Assembly: GCA_947496715.1 (NCBI GenBank)
Contig: CANMDT010000006.1
Location: 1,121-65,120, forward strand
DNA from: Myxococcales bacterium
GTDB taxonomy: Bacteria; Myxococcota_A; Bradymonadia; REDH01
Reading direction: 5' to 3'
Length of the DNA stretch: 64,000 nucleotides
Shown here: in pieces, positions 9,269-19,211 of the stretch
Numbering within the stretch: the stretch's first letter is position 1
Layout of the letters: each line of letters starts with the position of its first letter
The notes under the pieces: generated by a model
The model's input: the letters and a program-made list of their open reading frames with translations, nothing else
What the model was told of the DNA's origin: nothing
Databases searched by the model: none
Program-made: the position numbers and the translations under genes

Positions 9269-11035
9269 ATGCAGATTCGTTCGGTACATCAGATTTTTGC
9301 ACTGGTCGTCTTGCTCCTCTCGTCGGGGCTCGCAGCCTGCAGCAGCGACCCTGCCTGCACGACCAGTACTGACTGCGACCGCGGCAAGGTCTGCGACAAC
9401 GGCAACTGCGCCGTCTTTGCCTGCACGGGCGATGATGGATGCGCGAACGAGGATGCGGCGGGCTTTCAAGAGTCATGTGCCTTCCTCGGCAGCGACGGGA
9501 GCTTTGACCCTGCCGCCGGCGGTGTTTGCACATCAGAGGAATGTCAGGGCATTCGCGACTGCGAGGCGGGAACCAGCTGCATCGAGGGCGTCTGCTATGC
9601 GGGCGCGGACCTCTGTGCCAGCGTGACCTGCTCTTCGGAGCAGACTTGTAACCCGGCAAACGGGCGGTGCGAAACGGTCGTCAGCGACCCCTGCGCCGGC
9701 GTCTCCTGCCCGACCGGCCAGACCTGCAATAGCGATACGGGCCTTTGCTCGGGCGCCACCGACTGCCGCACCGGCATCTCCTGCCCGACTGGTCAGAACT
9801 GCAACCCCGATACGGGCCTCTGTTCGGGCGCGACCGACCTCTGCGCCGGTATATCCTGCCCCACAGGCCAGACCTGCAGTGGCGCGACGGGCCTCTGCCA
9901 GGACAACGTTGCTGCAGGCAGCCTCTGCGCCGCCTGCACGAGCGACGCCGCCTGCACAAACGGCAAGTGCGTCACGCTCGCAGCAGGCAGCTTCTGTGGC
10001 CAAGCTTGCACCGCCAACACCGATTGTGGCACAGGGTTCACCTGCTTCGACTTCTCGGGCACCATCGGCAAGCAGTGCATTCCGCTGTCGGGGCGTTGTG
10101 ATGACTGCAACGCCCAGGGATGCAGCGATGGTAGCTACTGCGAGGTCAACACAGGCAACTGCAGGCCCGCGACCCCCTCCTGCTCAGCCTGCCTGAACGA
10201 CCTCCAGTGCGGCGCCGGCGCCGTCTGCGCGCAGCTCGGCACGGGCCGTGTCTGCCTCGACAGCTGCACGGGCGGCGGCTGTGAGTCGAGCTACACCTGC
10301 AGCACCACTGCAGTCCCCGGCAGTCAGCTCTGCGCGCCCTCCACGGGCTCCTGTACCAGCTGCAACCTCACCGCCGGCTCTTGCACCGGCGGCACGCCCG
10401 TCCTTGACCCCATTGCCTGCCGCTGCGTCGGCTGCGTCTCGGCAACCGACTGCGACGCTGGGGAGACCTGCACGGCCTCCGGACAGTGCCTTGCGCAGAG
10501 CGGCACCTGCACAACCTCTACCGACTGCGGCGCGACCGGCTACTGCGTTGAGGGCTTCTGCGTCGACTGCCTGACCGCATCGGACTGCGCGGGCTCCGAC
10601 CTCTGCGTGCGCGGCGTATGCGCCCCCTGTACCTGCCCCACGGGCCAGATCTGCGACCGCACCGGCGCCTGCGTAGACCAGCCCACGGGCGGCTGCGTGG
10701 ACGATGTGGACTGCATCCAGCAGGCACAGACGCTCGGTGATTCGGGCATGGGCGCCACCTGCGATACCGACACGGGCGCCTGCTTCATCCTCTCTGTCTG
10801 CAACCCGTCGGGCGGTCTGGGAACCCCCTCCCGCATCGACCCATTCAACGCGGCCTGCCCGGGCTCCACTACCTGCACCTTTGACATTCTGAGCAGCACA
10901 GGCCGCTGCAACGGTTGTTCTTCCGCTGCGGACTGCCGCACCGGAGAAAGCTGCTACGATTGCGCGGGTACGCCCGTCTGCGTGGATGCTGTGACGCTTG
11001 GTCCGTTTGGCCTCATCATCTGCACGCTGCTCTAG
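9269..11035 (+). CDS. Cysteine-rich repeat lipoprotein (Myxococcus-type disulfide repeat)
   Basis: Lipoprotein signal MQIRSVHQIFALVVLLLSSGLAAC. There are many repeats of C-x-TGQ-x-C-N-x-DTGLCSGATD, and about 100 Cys in total. Confidence 0.7.
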   Translation: MQIRSVHQIFALVVLLLSSGLAACSSDPACTTSTDCDRGKVCDNGNCAVFACTGDDGCANEDAAGFQESCAFLGSDGSFDPAAGGVCTSEECQGIRDCEAGTSCIEGVCYAGADLCASVTCSSEQTCNPANGRCETVVSDPCAGVSCPTGQTCNSDTGLCSGATDCRTGISCPTGQNCNPDTGLCSGATDLCAGISCPTGQTCSGATGLCQDNVAAGSLCAACTSDAACTNGKCVTLAAGSFCGQACTANTDCGTGFTCFDFSGTIGKQCIPLSGRCDDCNAQGCSDGSYCEVNTGNCRPATPSCSACLNDLQCGAGAVCAQLGTGRVCLDSCTGGGCESSYTCSTTAVPGSQLCAPSTGSCTSCNLTAGSCTGGTPVLDPIACRCVGCVSATDCDAGETCTASGQCLAQSGTCTTSTDCGATGYCVEGFCVDCLTASDCAGSDLCVRGVCAPCTCPTGQICDRTGACVDQPTGGCVDDVDCIQQAQTLGDSGMGATCDTDTGACFILSVCNPSGGLGTPSRIDPFNAACPGSTTCTFDILSSTGRCNGCSSAADCRTGESCYDCAGTPVCVDAVTLGPFGLIICTLL

Positions 11036-11041
11036 GGCGCG

Positions 11042-13243
11042 CTACTCGCCCGTAGCCGGCTGCTCGCCGCGACGGGCCTCGTTGACGGCACGCCAGAGGG
11101 CGACCGACCTGTCGGCAGCAGCCTTCGCAACGCTGTCGCTCGCCTTGTCTGCGATGCGGCTTCGGAGCCCATAGAGCGACTCGAGGAGCTCAGGGTAGTA
11201 TCCCGCGAGGGCCTCCTCTTCGATAGCATCGAGCAGCGCCTCTGCGTCGCGTCGGAGGCCGAAGCGGGTGTCGATGGCAGCAAGAAGGAGCCGCGACGAT
11301 GCGGCAGCCTGAGGCATCCCCGCCTTGTCGGCGTAGGTGGCCTGCTGCGCCACGAGGGTGTGGCAGTCGGCCATGGAGGCCTCCGTAGGCTCCTCGTCGG
11401 AGTCCACGCCGCAGGAGAGCCGGATGAGGCCGTCGAGCGCAACCATCGCGTCGCTCCACCCTCCGGCCGCGACGAAGCCGGCGACCGCCTGTACCAACGA
11501 GGCTGCGGCGCTCCGCTTGTTGTCAATCTGCAGCGAGAGTTCAGCGGTATGGAGGAAGAGTCGGGCACGGGCGTGCGAGGGCGGAGCCTCGGCGAGCGAC
11601 TCGCGGATGTCGGTCAGTAGGCCGATCGCGGTGCGCTGCTCGCCGGCGCCGAGCAGTGCGGCGACCCGCTTGAGCTGGAGCACCGACCGAAGCATCAGCG
11701 GCAGCTCCTTGAGCTCCACCGCGGCGCTGCCGAGCACCAGTGCAGCCTGGGCGCCGTCCGCTTCGCCTAGTGCCTCCGCCAGCAGGTAGTAGCTGCGCAG
11801 GAGGAGGTCGTCGCGCTTGGCCGCGCGTGCATCGTTTTGGAGCGTCTGCGCGAGTGCGGCGGCCTCGAGCGGGTCGTTGCCGCGGAGCGCCGTCTCGACC
11901 GCTTCGACGCGGCTGTCCCAGAGCATGTCGGGGTTGGGCTGCAGCGCAGACAGGGTCGCGCTCCGCTGGCGGTCGACCATGGCCGCAGCCTCGAGCCCCA
12001 CGCTGTCTGCGAGCGCCGAGCGAATGTCGAGCGTGTTGAGCTCGGCCCTCTGGTCCTGCTTCTCTCGCGCATCAGCGACGGCGAGCGAGATCACGCGGAG
12101 CGCGTCTCCATCCAGACCAAGGGCGTTCAGATTGGCTGCGTAGATTTCGGTAAGGTGAGAGCGAAGCCCGGCTGGCAGGCTCTCTCTTGCGAGGGCGTCA
12201 CGCGCGATGAATACCGCCTCGGCAAAGTCGCCACGGCGGCTCGCGGCAGAGGCAAGCAGGCTCGGGGCCATGAGGTGGGGTAGGTCGGTCGCCTTGGCGG
12301 CCGGCAGCTCGAGGCCACCGGGGAGCATGCGGATGGCGGTCATCTTGCTGTCGACGGGCGGTTCGCCCACGACGAGATTTGTGACCGCCGCGCCGCCCTG
12401 CGCGAGTGACCAGCCCAGGATGACGCCGAGGTCGCTGTAGGAGAGCTTGGGTTCGATGAGGCGGCCCGGTTCGCTCTCCGCGGGGTCCACCTTTTCAGCG
12501 AGCGAACGGATGGCGAGGTTGGTCACCCCCTGCTCGGCAGCCAGGGTGGAGAGCTCTTCCATCCAGCTGTCCATCGGTGGCTCGGCCCCCTCTGCGCTCT
12601 GGGCGATATGGATCGTGACGAGCTGCGGCGCGCTGCGCTCGGGCCCTGTGAGCATGGCGAGGCCCTTTGCGGGTGCGGTTCCCTGAACGACCGCAGCGAT
12701 CGCGAGATCGCCCTCGATGCGCTGCACCTGGGCGATAGCAACCATGCTGTCCGAGATGCGCTCGGGGCAGCGCTCCGGGTCGAGGTCGAGCAGAGCGTAG
12801 CGTTCACCGACGGCGAGCCGCCGTGCAGCAGCACCGACGAGCGCGACGGAGCGGTCGGCGTTGCGGGTGAAGGCGACCAACTCCTTGCCCGTCGGTGCGG
12901 GCTCAAAGCTGGTGACTGGCGCAAAGGTTGTCGCAGCAAGGGCGTCGCGGAGTTGCAGGCCGAGAACGGTCGCGTTGGCGGGCCGTTCAGGCTGTTGGCT
13001 GCGGCAGAGGTAGCCGAGGAGCGGCGCCTTGGAAGCAAGGGGCCAGTGTGGGGCCTGGACGGCCTGCCAGGTGGTCTTGGCGAGCCCCTTGGAGCCACCC
13101 AACATCCAGCCGCGGTCGGCCGTGAGGGTAATCCGTGCGGGCTGCGCCTCCAAGACGGCTGCTTCGCGCCGCGCCGCGCTGCTGGCAGCACATCCCGTCG
13201 CAGCGAGTCCCAAGAGCAGCAGGAGCGAGGGACGGGTCAGCAT
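11042..13243 (-). CDS. Hypothetical 733-aa lipoprotein. The C-terminal half is helical and TPR-like. No recognisable catalytic motif.
   Basis: Lipobox LLLLGLAATGC. Long ORF with GC3-rich codon usage. The antisense + ORFs have low-complexity translations. Confidence 0.55.
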   Translation of the reverse strand: MLTRPSLLLLLGLAATGCAASSAARREAAVLEAQPARITLTADRGWMLGGSKGLAKTTWQAVQAPHWPLASKAPLLGYLCRSQQPERPANATVLGLQLRDALAATTFAPVTSFEPAPTGKELVAFTRNADRSVALVGAAARRLAVGERYALLDLDPERCPERISDSMVAIAQVQRIEGDLAIAAVVQGTAPAKGLAMLTGPERSAPQLVTIHIAQSAEGAEPPMDSWMEELSTLAAEQGVTNLAIRSLAEKVDPAESEPGRLIEPKLSYSDLGVILGWSLAQGGAAVTNLVVGEPPVDSKMTAIRMLPGGLELPAAKATDLPHLMAPSLLASAASRRGDFAEAVFIARDALARESLPAGLRSHLTEIYAANLNALGLDGDALRVISLAVADAREKQDQRAELNTLDIRSALADSVGLEAAAMVDRQRSATLSALQPNPDMLWDSRVEAVETALRGNDPLEAAALAQTLQNDARAAKRDDLLLRSYYLLAEALGEADGAQAALVLGSAAVELKELPLMLRSVLQLKRVAALLGAGEQRTAIGLLTDIRESLAEAPPSHARARLFLHTAELSLQIDNKRSAAASLVQAVAGFVAAGGWSDAMVALDGLIRLSCGVDSDEEPTEASMADCHTLVAQQATYADKAGMPQAAASSRLLLAAIDTRFGLRRDAEALLDAIEEEALAGYYPELLESLYGLRSRIADKASDSVAKAAADRSVALWRAVNEARRGEQPATGE

Positions 13244-13297
13244 GAGATCTCGGGGAGGGCGTATCGTGGGTCGTCGTGGCGAGTCGCGCGGGTCGGC

Positions 13298-13855
13298 TCA
13301 GACCTCGGCGATTTCCTTCTCTTTCTTGGAAACGGCATCGTCCACTTTCGCGACGCCTTTGTCTGTCAGCTCCTGCACCTTGGCAGTTGCACGGCGGGCG
13401 TCGTCTTCCGAGATATCGCTGTCCTTCTGGAGCTGCTTGATGAACTCGTTGGCATCGCGTCGGGCGTTGCGGATGATGATCTTGGCATCCTCGCCAAGCT
13501 TGCGGGCCTGCTTTGCCAGGTCGTTGCGCCGCTCGCCTGTGAGGGGCGGGATGGGGAGCCGGATCATGGTGCCGTCGTTGGTTGGCGTCAGCCCGAGGTC
13601 GCTTTGGTGGATGGCGCGCTCAATCTGGCCGAGCACCCCCTTCTCCCAGGGCTGCACGGTGATCATGCGTGGCTCTGGGACCTTGACGGTGGCGATCTGC
13701 GTCAGCGGCGTCATCTGCCCGTAGTAGTCGAGCTTGATATCGTCGAGGATGGAGGCGGTCGCGCGGCCTGTCCGGATACGGATGAGGTCGCGGCTCAGGG
13801 CCGTCATGGCCTTGTCGCAGGAGAGCAGGAGATCGGTTTCGATATCGTCGAGCAT
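13298..13855 (-). CDS. frr: Ribosome recycling factor
   Basis: RIRTGRA...VQPWE...RRDANE motifs, 185 aa. Confidence 0.9.
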   Translation of the reverse strand: MLDDIETDLLLSCDKAMTALSRDLIRIRTGRATASILDDIKLDYYGQMTPLTQIATVKVPEPRMITVQPWEKGVLGQIERAIHQSDLGLTPTNDGTMIRLPIPPLTGERRNDLAKQARKLGEDAKIIIRNARRDANEFIKQLQKDSDISEDDARRATAKVQELTDKGVAKVDDAVSKKEKEIAEV

Positions 13856-13940
13856 GATTGCCTCAAAGAGTCTGTGACAGGCCGGCAGCAGCCTCTGCTC
13901 GGTATGCCGAAGTTTCGTTCAAACCTCAACGCCAGATGCG

Positions 13941-14687
13941 TTACGCGAACTCGAAGGCCGGCGAGAGCGTTCCGTCGATGACCGTCCCGATGTTCTCGCC
14001 CAACGCTACGCGGCGGAGGTTGCCCCGCTCGCGGAGGTTGAAGACGACGATGGGCAGGTTGTTCTCTTTGCAGAGCGCGATGGCGGTGCTGTCGAGCACC
14101 TTGAGGTTCTGTGCGAGGACGGTGTCGTAGGAGAGGCGGCTGTAGCGCTTGGCCTCGGGGTGGGTCTTGGGATCGGCCTCAAACACGCCGTCCACCTTGG
14201 TGCCCTTGCAGATGACCTCTGCGTGGATCTCCATGGCGCGCAGACAGCCCGCCATGTCGGTCGTGAAGTAGGGGTTGCCGGTACCCGCGGCGAAGATGAC
14301 GATGCGCCCCTTCTCGAGGTGTCGTACCGCTCGCCGCCGGATGTAGGGCTCGGCAACCTCCTGCATGGCGATGGCGGAGAGGACGCGGGTGAAGAGTCCC
14401 AGCCGCTCAAGCGCGTCCTGCATTGCGAGGGCGTTCATGCAGGTCGCGAGCATGCCCATGTAGTCAGCGGAGGCACGGTCCATGCCCTTGGCGCTTGCAG
14501 CAATGCCGCGGAAGATGTTTCCGCCGCCGATGACGAGGCAGACCTCTACACCCTCTGCGGCGACCTCCTGAACCTCCTGCGCGATGTAGGAGAGCGTCTC
14601 GGGGTCGATGCCGGTTCCGAGCGGGCCGGCAAGGGCCTCACCGGAGAGTTTGAGCATGACACGACGGTATCTGGGCGTTCCGGCCAT
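13941..14687 (-). CDS. pyrH: Uridylate kinase
   Basis: [11 protein letters not shown]...[10 protein letters not shown]...[14 protein letters not shown]. Start taken at the internal ATG 14687 (MAGTPRYRR), not the upstream in-frame Met. Confidence 0.9.
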   Translation of the reverse strand: MAGTPRYRRVMLKLSGEALAGPLGTGIDPETLSYIAQEVQEVAAEGVEVCLVIGGGNIFRGIAASAKGMDRASADYMGMLATCMNALAMQDALERLGLFTRVLSAIAMQEVAEPYIRRRAVRHLEKGRIVIFAAGTGNPYFTTDMAGCLRAMEIHAEVICKGTKVDGVFEADPKTHPEAKRYSRLSYDTVLAQNLKVLDSTAIALCKENNLPIVVFNLRERGNLRRVALGENIGTVIDGTLSPAFEFA

Positions 14688-14710
14688 GGGTTCGTTCCGA
14701 GTTCGGGATT

Positions 14711-14742
14711 GCAGATAAAGAAAAGCCCGCCGAGGCGGGCTT
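14711..14742 (-). terminator. Rho-independent terminator after tsf
   Basis: GC stem GCCCGCC-GA-GGCGGGC (14725-14740) is followed on the minus strand by TTTTCTTTAT. It sits between the tsf stop and the pyrH start. Confidence 0.55.
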
Positions 14743-14754
14743 TGCAGGGCTGAG

Positions 14755-15672
14755 TTAGAGCAGCGCGGCGGCGACTTCGGCGGCGAAGTCGGTCTCTTCC
14801 TTCTCGATGCCCTCACCGCGGGCAAAGCGGGTGAAGCCGGCAATCTTGATGGGGGTACCGAGCTCCTTGCTCATGGCGGCGAGGTGGGCCTCGACGGTGA
14901 TGTCGGCATTGGTGACCCAAGCCTGATCGAGCATGCAGATCTCTTTTTTCCACTTCGAGAGACGACCGAGGGCCATCTTCTCGGCGATCTCGGCCGGCTT
15001 CCCGGACTCCTTCGCCTGCTGCTCGTAGACGGCCTTCTCGGCGGCGAGGACGGCAGGGTCGATGTCGTTGTCGGAGACGGCGATGGGTGAGCAGGCGCAG
15101 ACGTGGAGAGAGATCTCCTTGGCGAGCTGCGTGAAGCGGGGGTCGGTGAGCTCGGTGCCCGCCTCGGCGACGGCGATGACGCCGATCTTGCCTTCGGCGT
15201 GGATGTAGCCTCCGACGCGGCCGGGGCCTGCGAGCTCGTAGAAGGCGACGCGACGGATGTTGATGTTCTCACCCGTGGTGCCGATGCGGGCAAGACGGAC
15301 CACATCGAGGGTGGAGTCCTCGAAGGGGACAGCGGCGAGTGCGTCGACCGTGGTGGTCTTGTTCGTCAGGGCAAGCCTGGCGATGGCGTCTACGAAGTTC
15401 CGGAAGTCGAGGTTGCGGGCGACGAAGTCGGTCTCGCAGTTGACCTCAACGAGCGCGCCTGACTTGCCGTCGGCCGCGATGGCGAAGTGGACAAGGCCCT
15501 CCGAGGCAATCTTGCCCGAGCGCTTTGCAGCCTTGGCCATACCCTTGACGCGAAGCCACTCGACGGCCTTCTCGAGGTCGCCGCCGGACTCGTCGAGAGC
15601 CTTTTTGCAGTCCATCATGCCGGCGCCGGTGCGCTCGCGCAGGTCTCTCACATCAGAAGCAGAGGTCGCCAT
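14755..15672 (-). CDS. tsf: Elongation factor Ts
   Basis: [26 protein letters not shown]..., with a UBA-like N-terminus and the EF-Ts core. Start is at the internal ATG 15672. Confidence 0.9.
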   Translation of the reverse strand: MATSASDVRDLRERTGAGMMDCKKALDESGGDLEKAVEWLRVKGMAKAAKRSGKIASEGLVHFAIAADGKSGALVEVNCETDFVARNLDFRNFVDAIARLALTNKTTTVDALAAVPFEDSTLDVVRLARIGTTGENINIRRVAFYELAGPGRVGGYIHAEGKIGVIAVAEAGTELTDPRFTQLAKEISLHVCACSPIAVSDNDIDPAVLAAEKAVYEQQAKESGKPAEIAEKMALGRLSKWKKEICMLDQAWVTNADITVEAHLAAMSKELGTPIKIAGFTRFARGEGIEKEETDFAAEVAAALL

Positions 15673-15730
15673 GTTCCATCTCGAAATGCTGGGGTGGGGC
15701 CAAGGGCTCGCCACCGTGGGATTGAAGAAG

Positions 15731-16540
15731 TTAGTCGCGCTCGACGGTGGTCGGCTTGCGAAGCACCTGAGCAGTCATGCTCTCGGCGGTGGTCACAGCT
15801 GCGGAGTCGCCTTCGAAGCTGACGCTGGTCAGGTCTTCCTGACGGCGATGGCCGCTTCCACGACGGGCGCCCTCGATGCAGGCGTCGGCGATGGCCGAGG
15901 CAAAGAGGCGGATGGAGCGGATGGCGTCGTCGTTCGCGGGTACGACGTGGTCGATGTTGTCGGGGTCGCAGTTGGTGTCGGTCAGGGCGATGACCGGGAT
16001 ACCGCAGCGGTTGCACTCTTGGATGGCGATCGTCTCGTTGCGGGGATCGACAACGAAGGCGGCGCCGGGAAGGCCGGGCATGTCCTTGATGCCACCGAGG
16101 TTGAACTCGAGGCGGTCACGCTCGCGGGAGAGGCCCAGGGCCTCCTTCTTGGTGAACTTGTCGAGCGAGCCGTCAGCGGCCATGCGGTCGAGCTCCTTGA
16201 GGCGCTCGATACCGGTCTTGATGGTGCGGAAGTTGGTCAGCGTGCCGCCGAGCCAACGGTTGGTGATGTGGAACTGCTTGGCGCGGGCCGACTCCTCCTG
16301 GAGGATGATCTGGGCCTGCTTCTTGGTGCCGATGAAGAGAACGCTGCGGCCCTGGCCGACGACGCCGTTGATGAAGTCGTAGGCGCGGTCGAACTGGCGG
16401 ACCGTCTTGGAGAGGTCGATGATGTGCACGCCGTTGCGCGAGCCGTAGATGTAGGGAGCCATCTTCGGGTTCCAACGACCCGTCTGGTGGCCAAAGTGAA
16501 CGCCGGCATCGAGCAAGTCACGCATTGCAATCTTCGACAT
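15731..16540 (-). CDS. rpsB: 30S ribosomal protein S2
   Basis: [27 protein letters not shown]. An AAGGAGAGAGAAG ribosome-binding site precedes ATG 16540. Confidence 0.9.
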   Translation of the reverse strand: MSKIAMRDLLDAGVHFGHQTGRWNPKMAPYIYGSRNGVHIIDLSKTVRQFDRAYDFINGVVGQGRSVLFIGTKKQAQIILQEESARAKQFHITNRWLGGTLTNFRTIKTGIERLKELDRMAADGSLDKFTKKEALGLSRERDRLEFNLGGIKDMPGLPGAAFVVDPRNETIAIQECNRCGIPVIALTDTNCDPDNIDHVVPANDDAIRSIRLFASAIADACIEGARRGSGHRRQEDLTSVSFEGDSAAVTTAESMTAQVLRKPTTVERD

Positions 16541-16702
16541 CTTCTCTCTCCTTGGTTTGCGTTGGGCCTCCGCGACCTTCATCTCCTGCTGCTCCCCGTC
16601 TGAAAGACGGTACGCTGAGCGCAAGATCCGGTCGCGTGCGAAGTGGGCCGCGCAGATAGCAGCGGTTTGGCGAAATCGCAAGCCAAGTATGCCGCGCGGG
16701 GC

Positions 16703-18058
16703 CTAGAACCAGCGGTCGATTGAGAAGGCCTCGGTCACCGCTTCACGGTCTCCGTCGGTCGCCCGCCAGATTGCCTCGAGCCTCTCTGCCGGCGCGTAGG
16801 CCGCGCCATTGGGACCCAGCAGCGGAGCGAGGTAGCGGGCCTCGGAGGGGCGATGGTCGGTCTGCTCATCGAGGCCGTCGGCGGCGATTGCGACGAGGTT
16901 GGTTGCGAGGTCGCGCAGCGACTGTCCCCGGAAGTGGCCGCTCAATCCCTCGGTCCGGGCGATTCGGGCCAGCTCCGCCACCGATTCCGGGTTCGCATCC
17001 GGCAGCAGCGCGAAGGCGTTACGACGAGCCGTCTGTGCGTAAAAGATGCCCTTCCAGAGCGCCGGTAGGGCCAGCAGCCAGGGGAGCGGCGCGCAGTCAG
17101 CGGTGCGGGTCTCGATGTAGCTCTTCATCCGCACATCGGGGAAGGCGGTAGAGAGGTGCAGTTCCCAGTCGCCAAGCGTCGGCGAGAGCTCATACTCACC
17201 CGCGAGGTGGCGGCGGAAGGAGCGGCCGGTCCAGTCGAGGTAACGGCCCTCCCGGCGCACGAAGAGCATGGGCACATCGAGCAGCCACTCCGCATAGTCG
17301 GAGAACCGGGCTTCCGGCGAGAGCAGCGCAGGGGGAGTTCCGCATCGGCGCGGGTCGGTCTCCTGCCAGACGGCCATGCGGCTCGACACCTCGTGCGTTG
17401 CGACGCCCAGTTTGTAAGGGCTGCAGGCGAAGAGCGCGGTCACCAGCGGATTGAGCGTGCAGGAGAGCCGGAGCATCTCCATCGCGTCGTCCTCTGTCCG
17501 GTAGTCAAAGTTGGCCTGCACGGTGCAGGTCATCTTCATCATCCAGTGGGCGAGCCGGCCCTGCTTGCCCATGTAGTCTCGCATCACGCCGTAGCGTGAC
17601 TTGGGCACCCAGCCCACCTCTGAGGTATCGTGCCATGGGTGCATGCCAAAAAGCGCCCAGCGCTGGCCGAGCCGCCCGCCCAGTTCGGCAACTTCGGCGA
17701 GGTGGCTACGGAGTTCGGCCTCGGTCTCCTCGATGCGTGAGACAATCCTGCCGGAGAGTTCGAGCTGGCCGCCTGGCTCCAAGGTGATGGCAGCCCCGTT
17801 CTTCTCCAGCGCGATGAGGGCGTCGCCGTCATAGATGGGGCTCCAGCCGTATCGTTCGGAGAGCTGGCGGAGCAGCGCCTCGATGCCCTGCGCCCCTTCA
17901 AACCGAAGCGGCGAGAGGGTCGCCTGGTCAAATCCGAACTTCTCATGCTCAGTTCCGACGCCGAGCAGGGCAGCCCCTTTGCTGCCGCGCGCGAAGGAGG
18001 CGGTGAGGTCATCGAAGCCGCGGAGCGGTGTCTCGTCGTGAAGCTGGTCTCGTGACAT
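16703..18058 (-). CDS. Glutamate--cysteine ligase, family 2 (plant/proteobacterial GCS2 type)
   Basis: 451 aa. Global resemblance to the GCS2 family: ...EHEKFGF..., LEPGGQLELSG, MMKMTCTVQANFDY. Confidence 0.7.
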   Translation of the reverse strand: MSRDQLHDETPLRGFDDLTASFARGSKGAALLGVGTEHEKFGFDQATLSPLRFEGAQGIEALLRQLSERYGWSPIYDGDALIALEKNGAAITLEPGGQLELSGRIVSRIEETEAELRSHLAEVAELGGRLGQRWALFGMHPWHDTSEVGWVPKSRYGVMRDYMGKQGRLAHWMMKMTCTVQANFDYRTEDDAMEMLRLSCTLNPLVTALFACSPYKLGVATHEVSSRMAVWQETDPRRCGTPPALLSPEARFSDYAEWLLDVPMLFVRREGRYLDWTGRSFRRHLAGEYELSPTLGDWELHLSTAFPDVRMKSYIETRTADCAPLPWLLALPALWKGIFYAQTARRNAFALLPDANPESVAELARIARTEGLSGHFRGQSLRDLATNLVAIAADGLDEQTDHRPSEARYLAPLLGPNGAAYAPAERLEAIWRATDGDREAVTEAFSIDRWF

Positions 18059-18080
18059 CGTGCCGAAAGGGGATTGGGAC

Positions 18081-19211
18081 TCAGCGCGTAGGAGCGCTCA
18101 GCAGCCGCGTAACGGCTGGGACATAGAACTGCCAATAGGTGTTCTGCGAGGTGAATGCATCTCGGCGGCGCTCGGTGATGGAGCGGAACCAGGAGAGCCC
18201 AGCGAATCGGTAGCTGCCCGGCTCAAAATCAACGTCCGATAGGTCGGCCGCCATGTAGATGCGGTGCGAGCCGAGGATCACCTTACGGGTCAACAGCGGG
18301 ATGTGTTCAGAGGCGTTCATCTCGCGCAGAAGCACCGGCATGGCAGGCAGGTCGGGCAGGGCGAACTCGGCGAGCACCTCGGTGCCGGGCAGCGCTTCGA
18401 GGACGGGGAACCAGTAGTAGTAGTTTGCGCCGCTCGACGCTTCAGGCAGCAGTTCCTCGCCCTCCGGCGTCAGCATCACGCGGGGCGCGACGCGCGGAGC
18501 ATCGGGGTTGGAGATGAGGAGCAGCCGGCCGTTGCGGTGGATGAAGGCCAAGGTGGGGCCTTCGGGCATGTTGTCGTTGCCATACTGCTGACGGTAGAGC
18601 CGCGGGAGCCAGTGGGGGACATCTGCCGTATCGTACAGGTTGAGAAAGCTACGGCCGGTCCAGCCTGTCCAGTGCACGCCCAGGAGCTCTTCCACGACAG
18701 CGCGCGCCTCTGGCTGCGTGGGCTCTTCGATGCCGTTGAACTCCAAGTAGATGTGGTGGCCTGCGCTGGTAAAGTTTGCAAGAGCGCGGGCGTCGTCGTT
18801 GGAGATGCCGCCGAAGACCTTTTTAGAGAAGTCGATGTGAGCGGTCTCGGTCGCTATGCCGAGGAGGTCGTCGGCATAGACCCCGTAAGAGTCGGTGAAA
18901 AAGATCCACTCCTTGCCGGAAAGGTCGAGCTCGGCAATCGGAGTCTGGACTTCGCGATTGGTCGGGTCGTAACCGGCATGCGAGGTGAGGGGCATCCAGC
19001 GCTCGCCCACGGGGGGCTGATACTTCTCGTGGTTGAGGAGCCAGATGGCGCCTCGGTGCTCGCGCGCAGATTCGAAGGGGACGGTGTAGTCGACCAGGAC
19101 GATCTTGGGCTGCTTCCACGGGGTGAACTGCCAGGTCAGGAACGAGACCCAGACGGGCGCTGTGGCCAGCGCCAGCAGCAGCAGCACGCGGTAGACGTTG
19201 CGAAGGCTCAC
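18081..19211 (-). CDS. Membrane-anchored periplasmic protein of unknown function, co-transcribed with the GT2 synthase
   Basis: N-terminal transmembrane helix LLLLALATAPVWVSFLTW. 376 aa with Trp/Tyr-rich conserved-looking blocks. Its start overlaps the GT2 stop. Confidence 0.55.
   Translation of the reverse strand: MSLRNVYRVLLLLALATAPVWVSFLTWQFTPWKQPKIVLVDYTVPFESAREHRGAIWLLNHEKYQPPVGERWMPLTSHAGYDPTNREVQTPIAELDLSGKEWIFFTDSYGVYADDLLGIATETAHIDFSKKVFGGISNDDARALANFTSAGHHIYLEFNGIEEPTQPEARAVVEELLGVHWTGWTGRSFLNLYDTADVPHWLPRLYRQQYGNDNMPEGPTLAFIHRNGRLLLISNPDAPRVAPRVMLTPEGEELLPEASSGANYYYWFPVLEALPGTEVLAEFALPDLPAMPVLLREMNASEHIPLLTRKVILGSHRIYMAADLSDVDFEPGSYRFAGLSWFRSITERRRDAFTSQNTYWQFYVPAVTRLLSAPTR

Noticed and set aside
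12608-13981. 457-aa + ORF
   Set aside because: Antisense to the lipoprotein and frr genes. It has a low-complexity translation.
15257-16603. 448-aa + ORF
   Set aside because: Antisense to tsf and rpsB.
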